A stretch of 64,000 bases of DNA from Azolla caroliniana. Lineage: Eukaryota > Plantae > Polypodiophyta. The notes under the pieces were generated by a model. The model was given only the letters and a program-made list of their open reading frames with translations, was not told the DNA's origin and searched no databases. Positions 47,809 to 61,500 of this stretch are shown one piece after another; the stretch's first letter is position 1; each line of letters starts with the position of its first letter. The translations under genes were made by a program, and so were the position numbers. Location: contig JBHGNT010000003.1 of assembly GCA_043228905.1 (NCBI GenBank), positions 8,432,001-8,496,000 of the forward strand, read 5' to 3'.

Positions 47809-50800
47809 CGAGCATAGATAAAAGATAGAGACAATGTATGATTCAAGAAAGAAGATTGAGACAAAGTATGATTCTAGAAACAAGAGTATATGATATAAAC
47901 ATGATGTATATTAAAAATATAATATTTTACCAACTTTACAATCCTTGATCGTAAGATGAATATTTTCAATACCGACCCTTGATTTGAACCCACGACTTCC
48001 ACTTTGAAACGCGAGGCTCTTCATCAAATAAGATATCTTCAACAGTTGCTTAGATTCCTTTTTCTCCCACTTTCTCTTGATTGATTTCTTGTTTTCCTTG
48101 CCCCTCTTTATATAGGTGTTGCCATGCATATGGTAATGTATTATGGGAGCATGGCATGCATGCAATGCATGAGTTACATCTAATGCATGATCGCCATTTG
48201 GCGCACATGTATTGCACGTGATGCATGGTAGCCATCATGCTCACTTGAGCTCCCATGTATGAAAATAGATATGGGATAAGTATAATGATAAAAATGCATT
48301 CTACAATAACTAACCTAGCTTAGTGGTGTATACTTTGTGTTTGGCATACAAGGTTGAGAGTTCAAGTCTCTCAATTTTACTTAATACAATATATAGCTTC
48401 ATTCTTATATCGTGAAGCACATTCTTCACGACAGCGGTATGTTGAAACCAATTTGAAACCCCAAATATTTGGTGCTTGCTCCTTGGTTGATCCATTTGAA
48501 AGCGGGATGTGGATGCCACGCAGGATGAGTTTCATGAGAAAGCCATATTGCACATGATTTGTGCCAATTGTCATAGCATTGGATCTCTTGCAAAATACGG
48601 CTAACCCACTTTCGAGCTTTTGTAGGGTTTCCAAGTCCCCTTGCAGGTAGACCGCTGTGTCATCTGCAAATTCTATATCCAGGATGCTTTGATGAGAATG
48701 AAGCACGACAAGACCATGTAGGTTGAGATGTTGTGAGTTGAGAAAGCAAGGGAGTGCTTCGGCGTATAATAGAAATAATGATGGAGCTAGTGGGCATCCC
48801 TGTCGTACAGATCGGGATATTTGGAAAAAAGGGCCCCTTTCACCTGCCAATGAAACGCAACTACTGCCGTTCCTATAAAGTCCTGCAATGCCTTTGATCC
48901 ATGTCTCTTGAAATCCGAGTTTCCCCAACACACTTTCAAGAAAATTTCAGCAAACCCTATCATATGTTTTCTCAAAATCTAGTAGCACCACCACTACCTT
49001 GTTGTTGGTACGTTTGGCAAGGGCTACTACTTCCCAGAATGAGAAGAGGTTGTCTAGGATGCTCCGATTTCTAACAAAACCTGTCTGGGATGGATGAATG
49101 AGTTGAGGGAGAAGAGATGTTAACCGGTGTGCCATGATTTTTGCGAGCAACTTATAAACAGTATTGAGAAGAGTTATGGGCCGCCACTTACTAATGTCGT
49201 TGGCACTGCCACCACTTTTAGGAATGAGATGTATCATCCCTTGTCCAAATTCCTCCGGCATGTTTCCAAACGTGATGATCTCCTCATATGCCTGGAGGAG
49301 GTCTTCTTTAATAGTGCCCCAAAGGCATGTGAAAAAGTGAGGAGTGAGGCCGTCGATTCCGGGGAAACTATCTACATCCAAATCAGAGAGGGCTTCCCAT
49401 ATCTTGATGGTTGATAGGGGACGCACGAGCCATGCATTCATTTCCATCGTGACTTTCTTGGGTATGCTTTGGAGGATAATATCTTCTTTTATGTCTTCCC
49501 CTGTGGCCATAGTATCTTCAGTAAGTAGGTGCTTATAGTAACCTGTGGCAATATTCCTCATTTCATCGCCATCCTCAATGGTCGTTCCATCCGCTCGGTT
49601 GAGGCTGCACATCATTGTTCTAGCGTGCCTCGGGCATTTGGAGCGGAAGAATTCCTTCGTGGTTTTGTCTCCTACTCTAATCCATTGTGCCATGCTTCCA
49701 TGGAACTCCATGTCGTATATTTCCTTTTCCGCCATGCTGAGTTCATGTTTGGCCATGGAAACTTGTCCTGCAGTCTAAGGACATGACGAGTATGTCTGTT
49801 GGAGTCGTTGTAAGGCTATTAGGCCCCGTTTTGTCCTTTGTCGCTTTTCTTGAGCATCCTTGCTTCTGGTCTTGACAAACTCATGTAGGAGAGTTGAAGC
49901 TCTTGTTAATTTAGCTAGAAGTTTGTCAGATGCTGATGAGACATTGACGGGTAAGGACCATTGGTTGGAGAGTTGTTCCTTCCCCTCTATAACTGTGTAG
50001 ATAATGTGCGGGATGCGAGGTTGGAAAGGGCCCCATTTCAGTGCAATTGGAAATGACCAACTACCGGGTAATGGTCAAAGAAAGTCATGCCTGGAGTTAT
50101 GCGACACCACCCTCCCTTCGCTTCTAGAGCCTCGCCCACATAAATGCGGTCAATGCGAGAAAGGGTGGGTTCACTATTCCGCCCGTCTGATCGGGAGAAT
50201 AAGAGAGAGTCCCTTTTTCGTTGGAAGTTGTCAGAATGCCAGATGTCTCGCAGGTTAAGGTGTACACATAGCTTCTCCCATTGTTTATGTTCCCTTCCTT
50301 GTAGAACTATGGGGTTGTTGTTGGAGCTATCGTGAATGGATTCAATCATATTGAAATCCCCTCCAATGCACCACTCTTCCACACCCGCTACTTGTAGGCG
50401 GATGCGTTCCCAGAATGTTTCCCTTTCTGTTCTGCTATTTGGAGCATAAACATTCATGAAATTCCAACGTTGCCCTTGGATGGCCAACGTGCAAAAATGT
50501 GCCCTACCAGGTATAAGTGATTCCTGGTGTATGAGGCCTTGGGCTAGATGTTCACGAATTAGAGTGCAAATGCCACCATGATTTCCATCCTCCCCTATTG
50601 TTGGCTCCCAAATTGTTCGCCATGATCATGGTAAAAGATCTCCGACTTCCTTTAAAGGAGTACTATCAAGGTGATGTTCTTGCAACATGATGATGTTAGC
50701 ATCACCCCCTAATATATATTCCTCAAGATCTCTTCTCAATTTCCATCTGTGTTGTTGGTCTAGTTGACTCCTGAGCCCTTAAACATTCCATGTTACAATC

Positions 50801-52724
50801 TTCATAATCATGGAATGGAGTGGGAGATTTGTGCCTAATGCTTTGCACAACATACTGTGAGTGGGGAGCACTCACCATTTAGATAGCCAGTCATTTCCAT
50901 TGATGGAATGATGGTCCACATCCATGAGTGGAGTTTGTGGGCTATCTTGTGAGCTTCAATCGCCCCTTCATGCTTCTCATAGAAATAGAAAAAGCTTGGA
51001 GTTAGTTGGGTGTCTATGATAGTTCACAGGTGGATGTGGCAGAGATGAGGTTCCTCTTCATCCATGGTGCACCAGAATTTAGTGTTATGCCAATGTTGCT
51101 TTAGTTCGTTCATGAGGTCTTCATCACTGATTTTTGCTACAAAGCATACTGCTTGGCTACATAGTGTATCTTTAATCTTGGATTTCGACCAATCTTCCTG
51201 TGTCGGAAGCAAGAGTGGAAAGGAGATTGAGGTCGTCAAAACTCCTTTATTGTGTACTGCTGATACATGTACCCTTATTTTTTCCACTGTCTTGTGCCCA
51301 ATACCTAGCCATTTCAAGGCGTTTTACGGGTGTGGTTCAAGGTCTTGGCTAGAGGAATCACACTCATTGTTGTCCGGGAAGACTATGATATGAGGCGTGA
51401 CATTCAGACTTCTGCCTTGGTTTGTTGCTTCTGCATTGGGTGCCGTTCCACTCAAGCTCTGTGTTAAGGTCTTAACATGACTTATCCTTCTTCGCTTCCC
51501 TGTTTTGTAAGCTTTAACGAGAACTTTCTCTTGTGTGCTTGGTATCACCTTAGGCCGTTCCTGGGGGCTTCAGAAAGAACTAGGGGAATTCTCGTCCATG
51601 GGGGTGAGCTCTTGTAGTAGATCAAATCGATTGGGGCTCATGGGCGATGGAGGATTTTGTACTTGTGGAGTTTTCCGAAGGACATGGGTTTTTCCCACCA
51701 CTCGCCATTCCATCACAGCCTTATCGGGTCATGGTGGGGGAGGCTTCTGATGTCCTATGTTGTCCCGACCTTCCAGATTCTCCTTCATAGGATCTTTAAT
51801 ACGTCTTGTGGGGTAGTGCTTTTTTAAATGACCAAGTTTTTTGCATGCAAAACATTGCCGCGGTGCGCCAATCACTTCAATGCGTTGTTCAATATGCATT
51901 CCATTTTTCCCGGGAATGAGGATCTTGGAGGGAAGTTTGTTGATGTCCTGCACCAATAGGTAGATAGAGGGAGGGCCCAGGTGCTTCTTTAGCCTATCCG
52001 CTAGTGTTAGTTCCTCGTCCAACATCATGCCAAAGGAATTGCCAATAGTAGGAAGTAACATGTTGTATTCTAAGGATAATCCAGGAAACAACATTGTTAC
52101 CTTTTTCATGGAATTCTCATGTTGCGCTGCCTTCTCTAGGTTAAAACCACGTGTCCATTTACGCATGAATAACCAAGTATTTCGGACCTGACAGGGAGAC
52201 ATGGTTATGAGGTTCACTACGGACACCTTGTCCTCCAGAATGATTTGATAGAAGCCTTTACCAAGCGGTTGGACTTCTTTTATTCCACCTACTTGTGAAT
52301 GAAATTTGCCTTGCAACATATCTCACAATAGTCCTCTATTTGGCCGTGATCCCACCACGCGACATATGACCGTTATGTGCTCGAGTCGACCTATCTCCTA
52401 CTCAAGTAGAAGCTTTTCGTCGGTATTGAAACTAATCTCAACAGGACACCCTGTATTTGGATTGTTTTGATCTTGCATTTGGTCTTTATCGATCGAGGGG
52501 CCTGTTTGAGATATGTGTTCGGTAGTGCCGATGTATGGTGTTTCCATGATTGAAGAAATCTTCCAAAGTTGTGTTGGGGGGAAGGGGGCTCTCACTCTTT
52601 TTTCCTTTTTTCCTCTCTTTTCTTTTTTCCTGTTTTTTATGTATTTATTTATTATTATTTGTTTTTTAGTAGGGGTAATAATCAAAATTTGGGTGGGGGG
52701 GTGTAGTATTTAAAAATATGGTGG

Positions 52725-52936
52725 GTTGGGTCCCACTCTTCGAATTGGGGGGGGGGGGGGGGGGTAGGTCCCCCTTTTTTCCTTGTTTTTTCCCTTATTT
52801 CTTAAGTATTTATTTAATATTATTTATCTTGTGGGAGTAATAATCAAAATTTTGGGGGGGTCCCACTCGTTGAACTAGGGTCCACTTGTCGAACTTTAGT
52901 GGGGCCCACTCGTCGAACGTTAGTGACGGCCCACTC
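52725..52936. repeat. Cluster of GGGTCCCACTCGTCGAAC-like motifs and G runs, possibly DNA-transposon subterminal repeats
   Basis: About 5 degenerate copies at the LINE 5' flank. Confidence 0.5.
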
Positions 52937-53439
52937 CGGGGGGAACCCTAGTTTGGCAAAGAAGAATCGGCGGCGATTGTGGCATCTACCGACTGTTCAA
53001 CGGTGACAGAGGTGCAGTGGCAAGACTTGCAGAGAGAGTGTGGTGGTCTGTGTGCCCCACGTCTGGCTTCCGCTCTGCACTGGCAGGTAGAAGCAAGTCA
53101 GCCAGCGCGCTTTAGCTCTTGCTCCGCTGCCCGCTCCTGCTCCGTTCTTCTCTCCTGCTCCGCTGAATGATTTGTATATAGGTCACACGAGAGACAAAAA
53201 TCCAAATATGTATTACCATATGTAAATACGTACATAGACATACATAAATACAATACATACTACATATATAAATAATGCATACATATCTAGATATATATAA
53301 ATGCATACATTCTACATACATATTAGAATAAGCCATATATATTGACATACATATATATACATAATACACACATAAAAATTACATATTACATATATACATA
53401 CACATTCTTACAAACATATTTTATATATTACATATTACA

Positions 53440-56400
53440 TGTTATAGAATGGAGTGATTAAGTAAGATCAAAGTGTGATTAGATATTAATCAAGATCACA
53501 ATACAATATCTAGATAGAGCTCATAGGCTATGCTCATCTCTATATCTTCAAAATGATTGAGATACATAAGTTTTATGACTCACAAGATGATGAGATGCAT
53601 GCATACTATTTACATCATGAAGTCTTCTTAACTAGAGTTTAAGACTAAGATAAGTATAGCATAACTCATGTTATGCATGAGTTCATAACCCCTCATCTCA
53701 TCATCATTGGTTTAGCTCATCAGCTCTGATAATCTTTTGAGTCCAAGAGAAGGAATGTTTAGCCAATGTTTTGATGCAGGTAAACTTTTGGTAAAAATAT
53801 CTGCCAAGTTCTTGCTTGATTGAATAGGTTGTATGTTGATATAATTATCATTAAGCTCACGAGTAAAGAAAAACTTGGGAGAAATATGTTTGATTCGATC
53901 GCCTTTAATAAAGCCTTTCTTGAATTGATCAATACAAGTACAATTATCTTCATAGATAACTGTTGGTAATGATGGGCCGATAAAACCACAAGAACTTTCA
54001 ATATGCCCAATTAAGTGTTGTAGCCATAGGCATTCTCGGCTTGCTTCATGTAGTGCCAATATCTCAGCATGATTTGAAAATGTTGCAGCCAATGTTTGCT
54101 TTGTTGATCGCCAAGAGATCGCTGTGCCACCAACAAGGAAAACATATCCTGTTTGTGATCTACCAACGTGAGGGTCAGATAAAAACCCAATGTTAGAATA
54201 ACCGGTCAATTGACCGTGCATAGAATCACTGGTAAAGAAAAGACCCATATCTTGAGTGCCTCGTAAATATCGGAAAATCTGCTTAATTCCAATCCAGTGT
54301 CTTCTGGTAGGATCGTGACTATATCGAGCCAACAAATTGTCCCAAGTACATAAGAGCACCAACAACAGACATGTAAGGATACTGTGGTCCCAATGCAGAC
54401 TTGTTAGAAGATCTTGGCCGAAATGGGTCACGAGAAGGATCCAGAGAGCGCACAACCATAGGAGTTCTAATAGAATGATCTTGATCCATAGAAAACCGTT
54501 TTAATATTTTATGGATATAAGAGCTCTGATGAAGAAGAATTCCATTAGATAGGTGCTCGATCTGAAGACCCAAACAGAATGTAGTTAAACCGAGGTCTTT
54601 CATTTCAAATTGGCATCTAAGCATAGCAACAACATCTTCAATAGCATTGGATGTTCCAATAATATTGAGATCATCAACATAAATAGCGATGATGACAAAT
54701 TCTTTGAGATAATGCTTGATAAATATCATCATTCTTAAATCCATGAGAAAGAAGATATTGAGAAAGATGTTGATACCACATACGACCGGCTTGTTTAAGT
54801 CCATAAAGTGACTTACATAACTTGATCGATGGATTGAGAAATTTTCCAAGCTGCGTAGATTTGCAAAGATGTTCAGGTATCTTCATGTATATATCTTTAT
54901 CCAAATCACCATAAAGATAGGTTGTAACCACATCCATGAGATGCATATGAAGACTTTGCTGAATAGTGAAATGAATCAACCAACGAAAACTCGTTGCATC
55001 CATAATTGGAGAATATGTATCGGTATAATCAATACCAAATCGTTGCGTGAAACCTTGAGCAACAAACCTTGCCTTATAACGGATAACTTCTCCTTTATCA
55101 TTATGCTTCTGCACAAAAACCCAATGATAGCCAACAGGTGTATGACCAATAGGTGTCTCTTGAATTTTACCAAAAACTCCTCGTTTGAGAAGACTATTTA
55201 GCTTAGTTTGAATAGCTTCTATTTACCAAAAACTCCTCGTTTGAGAAGACCTTCATATTGAAAGTGTCAACAAAAGCATCTGGTGCATTGTTGGCAATAC
55301 TTTGTAGATGTAATATTCGTTGAACTTCTTTGTCCCCCTCTCTAATATAAGGATCTGGTGGCACTGGTTTATCCTTGGGCCAATTAAACATTAGACTTTG
55401 ATCAATCTTTCTTGATGTTTCTCTTTTCTAGTTATCTTCCCCTAAAATCGGGAAAGTTGATTCATCAAATTGGCAATTGGCAAAGCGAGTTGTAAATAAA
55501 TCGCCAATTGTAGGTTCGAGATAGCGGATGATTGAAGGAGAGTTGAATCCCACATAAATTCCGAGACGACATTGAGGACCAAGTTTCCTATGGTAATGTG
55601 GAGAAATAGGAACATAAACTGCACAACCAAATACTCGTAAATGAGAAACAGAAGGTGGAAAACCTGTCATGAGTTGATGGGGAGAGTAAACATGATATGA
55701 TGATGGCCGTAGTCGGAGAAGTTGCGATGCATGAAGTACTGCATGTCCCCATGTTGAACTAGGCAAATTTGATTTGAGAAGAATTGGCCACACAATTACT
55801 TGAATTTGTTTAATCAAAGATTCAGCCATACCATTTTGAGTGTGAACATGAGGAGTTGAAACTTCAAAATTAATACCGATAGATTTGCAAAAGCGAATAA
55901 AGGTTGTTGACGTAAACTCGTCAGCGTTGTCCATCCGAATCAACTTAATTGGAAAATCTGGAAATTGAGCGCACAACTTGATGATAAGGATGAGGAGTCG
56001 AGGAAACACCATATTGCGAGTAGAAAGAAGTGTGACATGAGAAAAACGTGATGAAGCATCTTTAACTCCCATGAAGTAATAAAATGGTCCAGAAGGAGGG
56101 TGTATTGGTCCATGGATATCACCATGTATACGCTCCAAAAAGTTTGGTGACTCATACGGTTCCTTGTGCAAGGAAGGACGAATCACCAACTTTCCTTGTG
56201 CGCATGAAACACAAAAACGAGTTTGAACTCGATTCAAGTATTCCAACTTTAAAGGTAGATCTTGAACATTATTGATCATTCTCCTAATCATTGTATGGCC
56301 AGGATGACCTAGTCTATCATGCCGAAGATCCATTATATCAGTATTGACATTCGAAGAAATATTGGAGTAGTGGGCAAATGAAAGCCATGCGGATCTTCGG

Positions 56401-58176
56401 GGCTTTAAGGTTGAAACAATACAATTGATTTGGTAAGACTTCTAACTCATCAATAACTTGGGTAGTATTTGATAGGTGCTTGACTACTCGCATTGTCTCT
56501 TTCCCATCTTGTTCCCATGTCATGAGGTGGTGTCCATTGCATCGCACACTTGCAAATGCAAGAAGATTTCTCAGTGAGGTAGGCGCATAGATAGCATCAT
56601 GTATTTCTAAGCAAACACCACTTGGAAGTTGGATACTAGCGGATACTGGCCTCTTCCTTGTCCAATACAAGAACCAACAATAGTCTTGATGTCGAAAGGG
56701 GCTTGATCTTTAATATGATGAAAGAATTCTTTATGACATAGAATAGTGTGTGTTGAGGCACAATCAATAAGACAAAGAAAACAGCTTGTATGTAAATCAA
56801 TCATATGAGCTTCAAACATGTTGGCTTCGGGCTCAAATTCCAAAGGATGATCCATAAAACTATATTCCAAGATTGGAATTGATGGTGAGATCGTTGATGA
56901 TTCTACTACCATATTAGCCTCTGGTTTTGTATCTCAACCTTGCTTGCCATACTTCTAGTAAAGATCAACATGAAACTTAGAAGTTTGGCAAGTATTTGCC
57001 CAATGCCCTCGTAAACCATATCAAAGACATGAATTCGATGAAGGCTTATCTTGACTTGACTTTGATTGATGATACATTGACTTGACTTGATTACTTGTGT
57101 GATATTGTTTCCTTTATTGATTTCTTCCTCTTCCTCTTCCTTGACTCTGTGTATATGGATGTTGGTGACGATGTTGTCGTCTAGAATAATTACTCTCGAC
57201 ATGTGTCAAATCCTTGAATTGTAGAGAAGCCGTAGGTTGACTTATTGGATGAAGTTTGTCGTTCTTGATGAGAACTTGGTGGTGTTGCTCAGCGACAAGA
57301 AGTGCAGATAAAAGTTCAGCATAGGTTTTAAAATCACGATTATGATATTGTTCGAAAAGATTAAAATTTGAGGGATGAAAAGTAGTTAACGTTTTGTTGA
57401 TTAGATTCGCGTCTTGAACAAGGTTATCATGACCACAAAATTTAAGTTTAGAAACGATACCAAATACTGATGAATTATATTCAACAATTGTCTTGAAATC
57501 CTGAAAACGAAGTTGATTCCATTCATGCAAAGTGTTGGGGCCAAGAACAGTTCGTTGATGATCAAAGCGGGCTTTGAGTTGCTTCTACAGAGTTGATGGA
57601 TTCTTGATGGAGAAGTATTGATTTTGAAGGCTTAGATCAAGGTGATGAAGAATGAAAATGAATGCTTCCGCTCCCATCTTCCTAGTATTTGAGTTCTCCG
57701 CATCATTAAAATGATCACTTATCGTATGAAGGATATCTTTTGCCGTGAGATGGCCTTCGACATGAACCATCCAAGTCATATAATTGGACCCATCCAATGC
57801 ATGTGGCGGGAATAAGCATTTCTCTATTTGTAGAGCTTGAGAAGTCATGCTAATGGTAACAATAAGGTAGATTTATATAAGAGAATAATTAATTACTATA
57901 ATAGAGGCTAATCATGCTGATAACAAGTTATAGAATAGAGTGATTAAGTAAGATCAAAGAGTGATTAGATATTAATCAAGATCACAATACAATATCTAGA
58001 TAGAGCTCATAGGCTATGCTCATCTCTATATCTTCAAAATGATTGAGATACATAAGTTTTATGACTCACAAGATGATGAGATGCATGCATACTATTTACA
58101 TCATGAAGTCTTCTTAACTAGAGTTTAAGACTAAGATAAGTATAGCATAACTCATGTTATGCATGAGTTCATAACA
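53440..58176 (-). mobile_element. Bianca-clade Ty1/Copia, degenerate; LTRs 57926-58176 and 53440-53690
   Basis: ~251-bp LTRs; TSD TTACA; PBS TGTTATCAGCA (half-tRNA-iMet type); protease IDCASTHTIL; integrase HDRLGHPG, RMDNA; RT YVDD; RNase H YEDN..GFIKGDRIKHISPKFFF. Confidence 0.9.
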
Positions 58177-58597
58177 TTACACACATATATTATTATACAC
58201 ACAAATCACAATTATATACAAAAACACATTGTGGTGTGCATGTGTGCATTTCACAATATATACATACCAAACACAAAAAATTTACATACATAAATAAATT
58301 ACATATTATATATACACATACACATACACATAAATATATAAGATTACATATTATATGTATTACAAATCTACATACATACAAACAAGTTTAATATATTACA
58401 CACACACACACACACAAATAAATTACATACTACATATCATATAATCCATCCATATTATATGATATACAAATTTACATACACATACATACATACATAGATA
58501 CATTACATATATACATATGTACATACATATTCCACATATCACCATATATATAGGTTATATGAAACCATACAAACTACAATATTTACAATATATATAT

Positions 58598-61500
58598 TGT
58601 CATGTGTGGGGGGGGACCACACTAGATGGTTTGGTCCCAAGAGGAACCAACAAACTTGTAACTAACTAGGGGTAGAGCCAAGAAAGGTGGGAAACCTTAT
58701 AAAGAGAGATGCCTACCAAGAGAGATAGGGGTCGGTAATTGAGCACATTACATTGGTGGAAATAACGGCCATTTTTAGATCAACCACCGTTGCACACCCA
58801 CTGATCATCACACAGAAGCAACCCACCGATCATCACACACAAGTATCCCACTGATCATCACACAAAGGCAGCCGCTGAGCCCACAAGAAACCAACCGAGA
58901 AGACGCGAATTCAAGAGAGCATCAACTACACAAAGATGCAGACATTAGATTTCAACAACAAAATGAGTATGCAACCAGAGTTCGTGGAACAAACCTCTCC
59001 AAGCAATGCAATCGAGCAAATGCTTCAAGCTATGTTAGCAATGATGATGCAGGTAAACCACACAAATCAAACAATAATGAATTGGTTAACTAATCAATCA
59101 CAACAAACAGGAAACAACATGGAGAAACAGAAGGACTCCCGAATTAGACCACAATCATTTTCCAACCTGCCAACAGAAGACGTATTGGCTTGGCTAGATC
59201 ACTTTGATAATATCGCTGGCTATCATCAATGGAGTGATGACAGAAAAGCCCTAGAACTGCGCATGTATTGGAAAATGTTGTAGCAACCTGGTTTATTCAA
59301 CAACCAAAAGAAGTAAAACAAGATTGGTCATACCTGCGCGAACAACTGGTACAACACTTCGCCAATAACGATATAACACAAACAGCCCTGCAACAATTAG
59401 GTAACATGCGTCAACGAACACATGAACTAGTAGCACATTTTGCAGTAAGATTAAAACAACTCTTACTTCGAGTCGATCCAAACATGAAAGAGACTATGAA
59501 GCTATATTTCTTGCTGCCTAGGCTGAGACATGACATCTATAGGAGAGTAAAAGATCAAGGGCTGACAACCTTCCAAATGGCCGTACAAATTGCCCAACGT
59601 ATCGAAGCACCTGATTATATGGAATTGCCGCAGGCACCTACAATGCCACAACAAAACAATCAGAAACATCAAGTCGAATCCACAACATGCCCGATGGATA
59701 TTAACATCCAAAATGCACAAATTAATGCTAAGAAGCAACTCCCAAGTCGAGACACTCAAGGACGCCCCCATTGTTTTTATTGCAATAATTATGGTCATGT
59801 TAAGAAATATTGCAGGAAATTCGCCGCATCTAGACACCATCAAAACGCATAAATCCAGTTGGCCGATTCCACATCTCTGGTCGACATACAGGAAAACATC
59901 AATGTGGGATGTCGAAGGAAGAGCAACTCTTGCACTTCCAAGCCGCTACATCTTCCAGCCGAATAGTCTGCTCCACAATAGCATGCATTCAGAATACATC
60001 ACATGAAGCATTACTATATTCAGGTAGCACAATCTCTTCAATTAATTTAGATATAGTTAATCAATTGCACTTACCAACATCCTCTGCACCACTAATCCAT
60101 TTAATTTTTGGCGACAAGCAAAAACTCTATAAATCATTCACACACGCACATTGCACTTTCACACTAGCACAACATACTTTCGTCCATTCATTCTATGTCC
60201 TACCAAAACAACTCTTTCCTTTAACATTAGGATGTGATTGGTTTGTTAAGCATTGGGCCCAATTGCATTTTGACACACAGACATTAGTTCTTCCACATCT
60301 TAGGCCTTGCACCACAATTCCCCTTCTTAACACACCTCATACTAGCACACAGATCATGCATACTCAAATCCAAATAGAACCAGCACAATCACGTTTGTCC
60401 GATCTCCGTCGCCTACTCGGGAAGTTCCCGAAAATCTTTATGAAGACAGAAAAGACAACTCAAGTAACTTTACAAGTGCAGCACACCATACCCACAACAA
60501 ACTCTCCTCCGGTGCGAATGGCAACTAGAAGGCGGTCACCACTTGATCCTCAACGGATAAACACTGCAGTCCAGGAAATGCTCCAAAAGGATATTATTGA
60601 GCCGTCTAGCAATGAATGGGTATCAGAATCTCATCTAGTCAGAAAAGATGACGGTACATTCAAATTTTGCATTGATTTCAGATTACTAAATAAAATTACA
60701 AAGCATGACAGGTATCCATTACCGCGCATCGATGATTTAATCGACCAACTCGGTAAGTCAAGATGCTTTACATCTTTAGATCTGGCCTCAGGGTATTGGC
60801 AAATACCCCTATGACCTGAAGATAAACACAAGACAACTTTTAGAACACAACATGGCTTATGCCAATTTAAGAGAATGCCCTTCGGATTATCAGATGCAGG
60901 CAACACATTCCAAAGAATGGCGAACACCATTTTTCAAGACCTAATCCATAAAGGTGTCATACTAGTCTATCTCGACGATATACTGATACACACTGCTGAC
61001 TGGTCGCAACATATTCAAGTTCTACAAGAAGTCCTCCTACGCATCCAAAAATATAACCTACAACTACAATGTAAGAAGTGCAAATGGGGAGCAACGGAAT
61101 TACGATTTTTAGGATTCATGATATCCTCAAAAGGCATCCAACTTGACCCTGCTAAGATTCGAGCCATTGCGGATTATCCAACGCCAAGCGGCATCAAGTC
61201 CCTACAAAGCTTCCTTGACCTTGTGAACTTTTCACTACGGTTTATTCCTAACCTAGCCATGGTCACAACTCCCTTAAGATTACTATTGAAAAAAGGATCA
61301 AAATATTAGTGGTCACGAGATTGTATGCAAAGTTTTGAGAAACTCAAAAGATTAATCAAGGATGCGGGAACCTTGGCATTCCCAGACTTCAGCAAAGTCT
61401 TCCGCCTTCAAACAGATGCTTCCAATTATGGAATCGGGGCTGTGCTCCTGCAACAAGATGACAACGACGACTGGTAGCCGATAGCATACATCAGTAGAGC

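Larger units (their letters stand above)
27978..48433 (-). mobile_element. Element C: gypsy of the tRNA-Trp/Phygy-like lineage; 5' LTR 47621-48433, 3' LTR 27978-28935; RT interrupted by E; RNase H deleted
   Basis: TSD GCGG; PBS TGGTGAACCCGACGTGA; PPT AGGGGGTGGG; gag-PR ORF; RT TPI|GLVRMCTLPQG rejoins across E; integrase ORF. Confidence 0.92.
26490..52570 (-). mobile_element. Degenerate L1-clade LINE, split by the C/E/B nest: ORF1 ~52547-50810; ORF2 50811-48438 continuing 27977-26500
   Basis: ORF1 has a DUF4283-like region and CFACKKLGH; endonuclease IVTWNV, NVYAPN, GGDFN, SRIDR; RT WRPITLLN, LDFEKTYD, RQGCPLAP, FADD. Frame YLGFQIGFNIP|LETMIAP rejoins across the insertion. C-terminal zf-RVT CVEC..ESIRHALWDC. 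No poly(A) or TSD seen. Confidence 0.92.

Noticed and set aside
9691-48372. Functional tRNA genes in the LTRs
   Set aside because: Acceptor stems do not pair and the loops are irregular. Reported as tRNA-like only.
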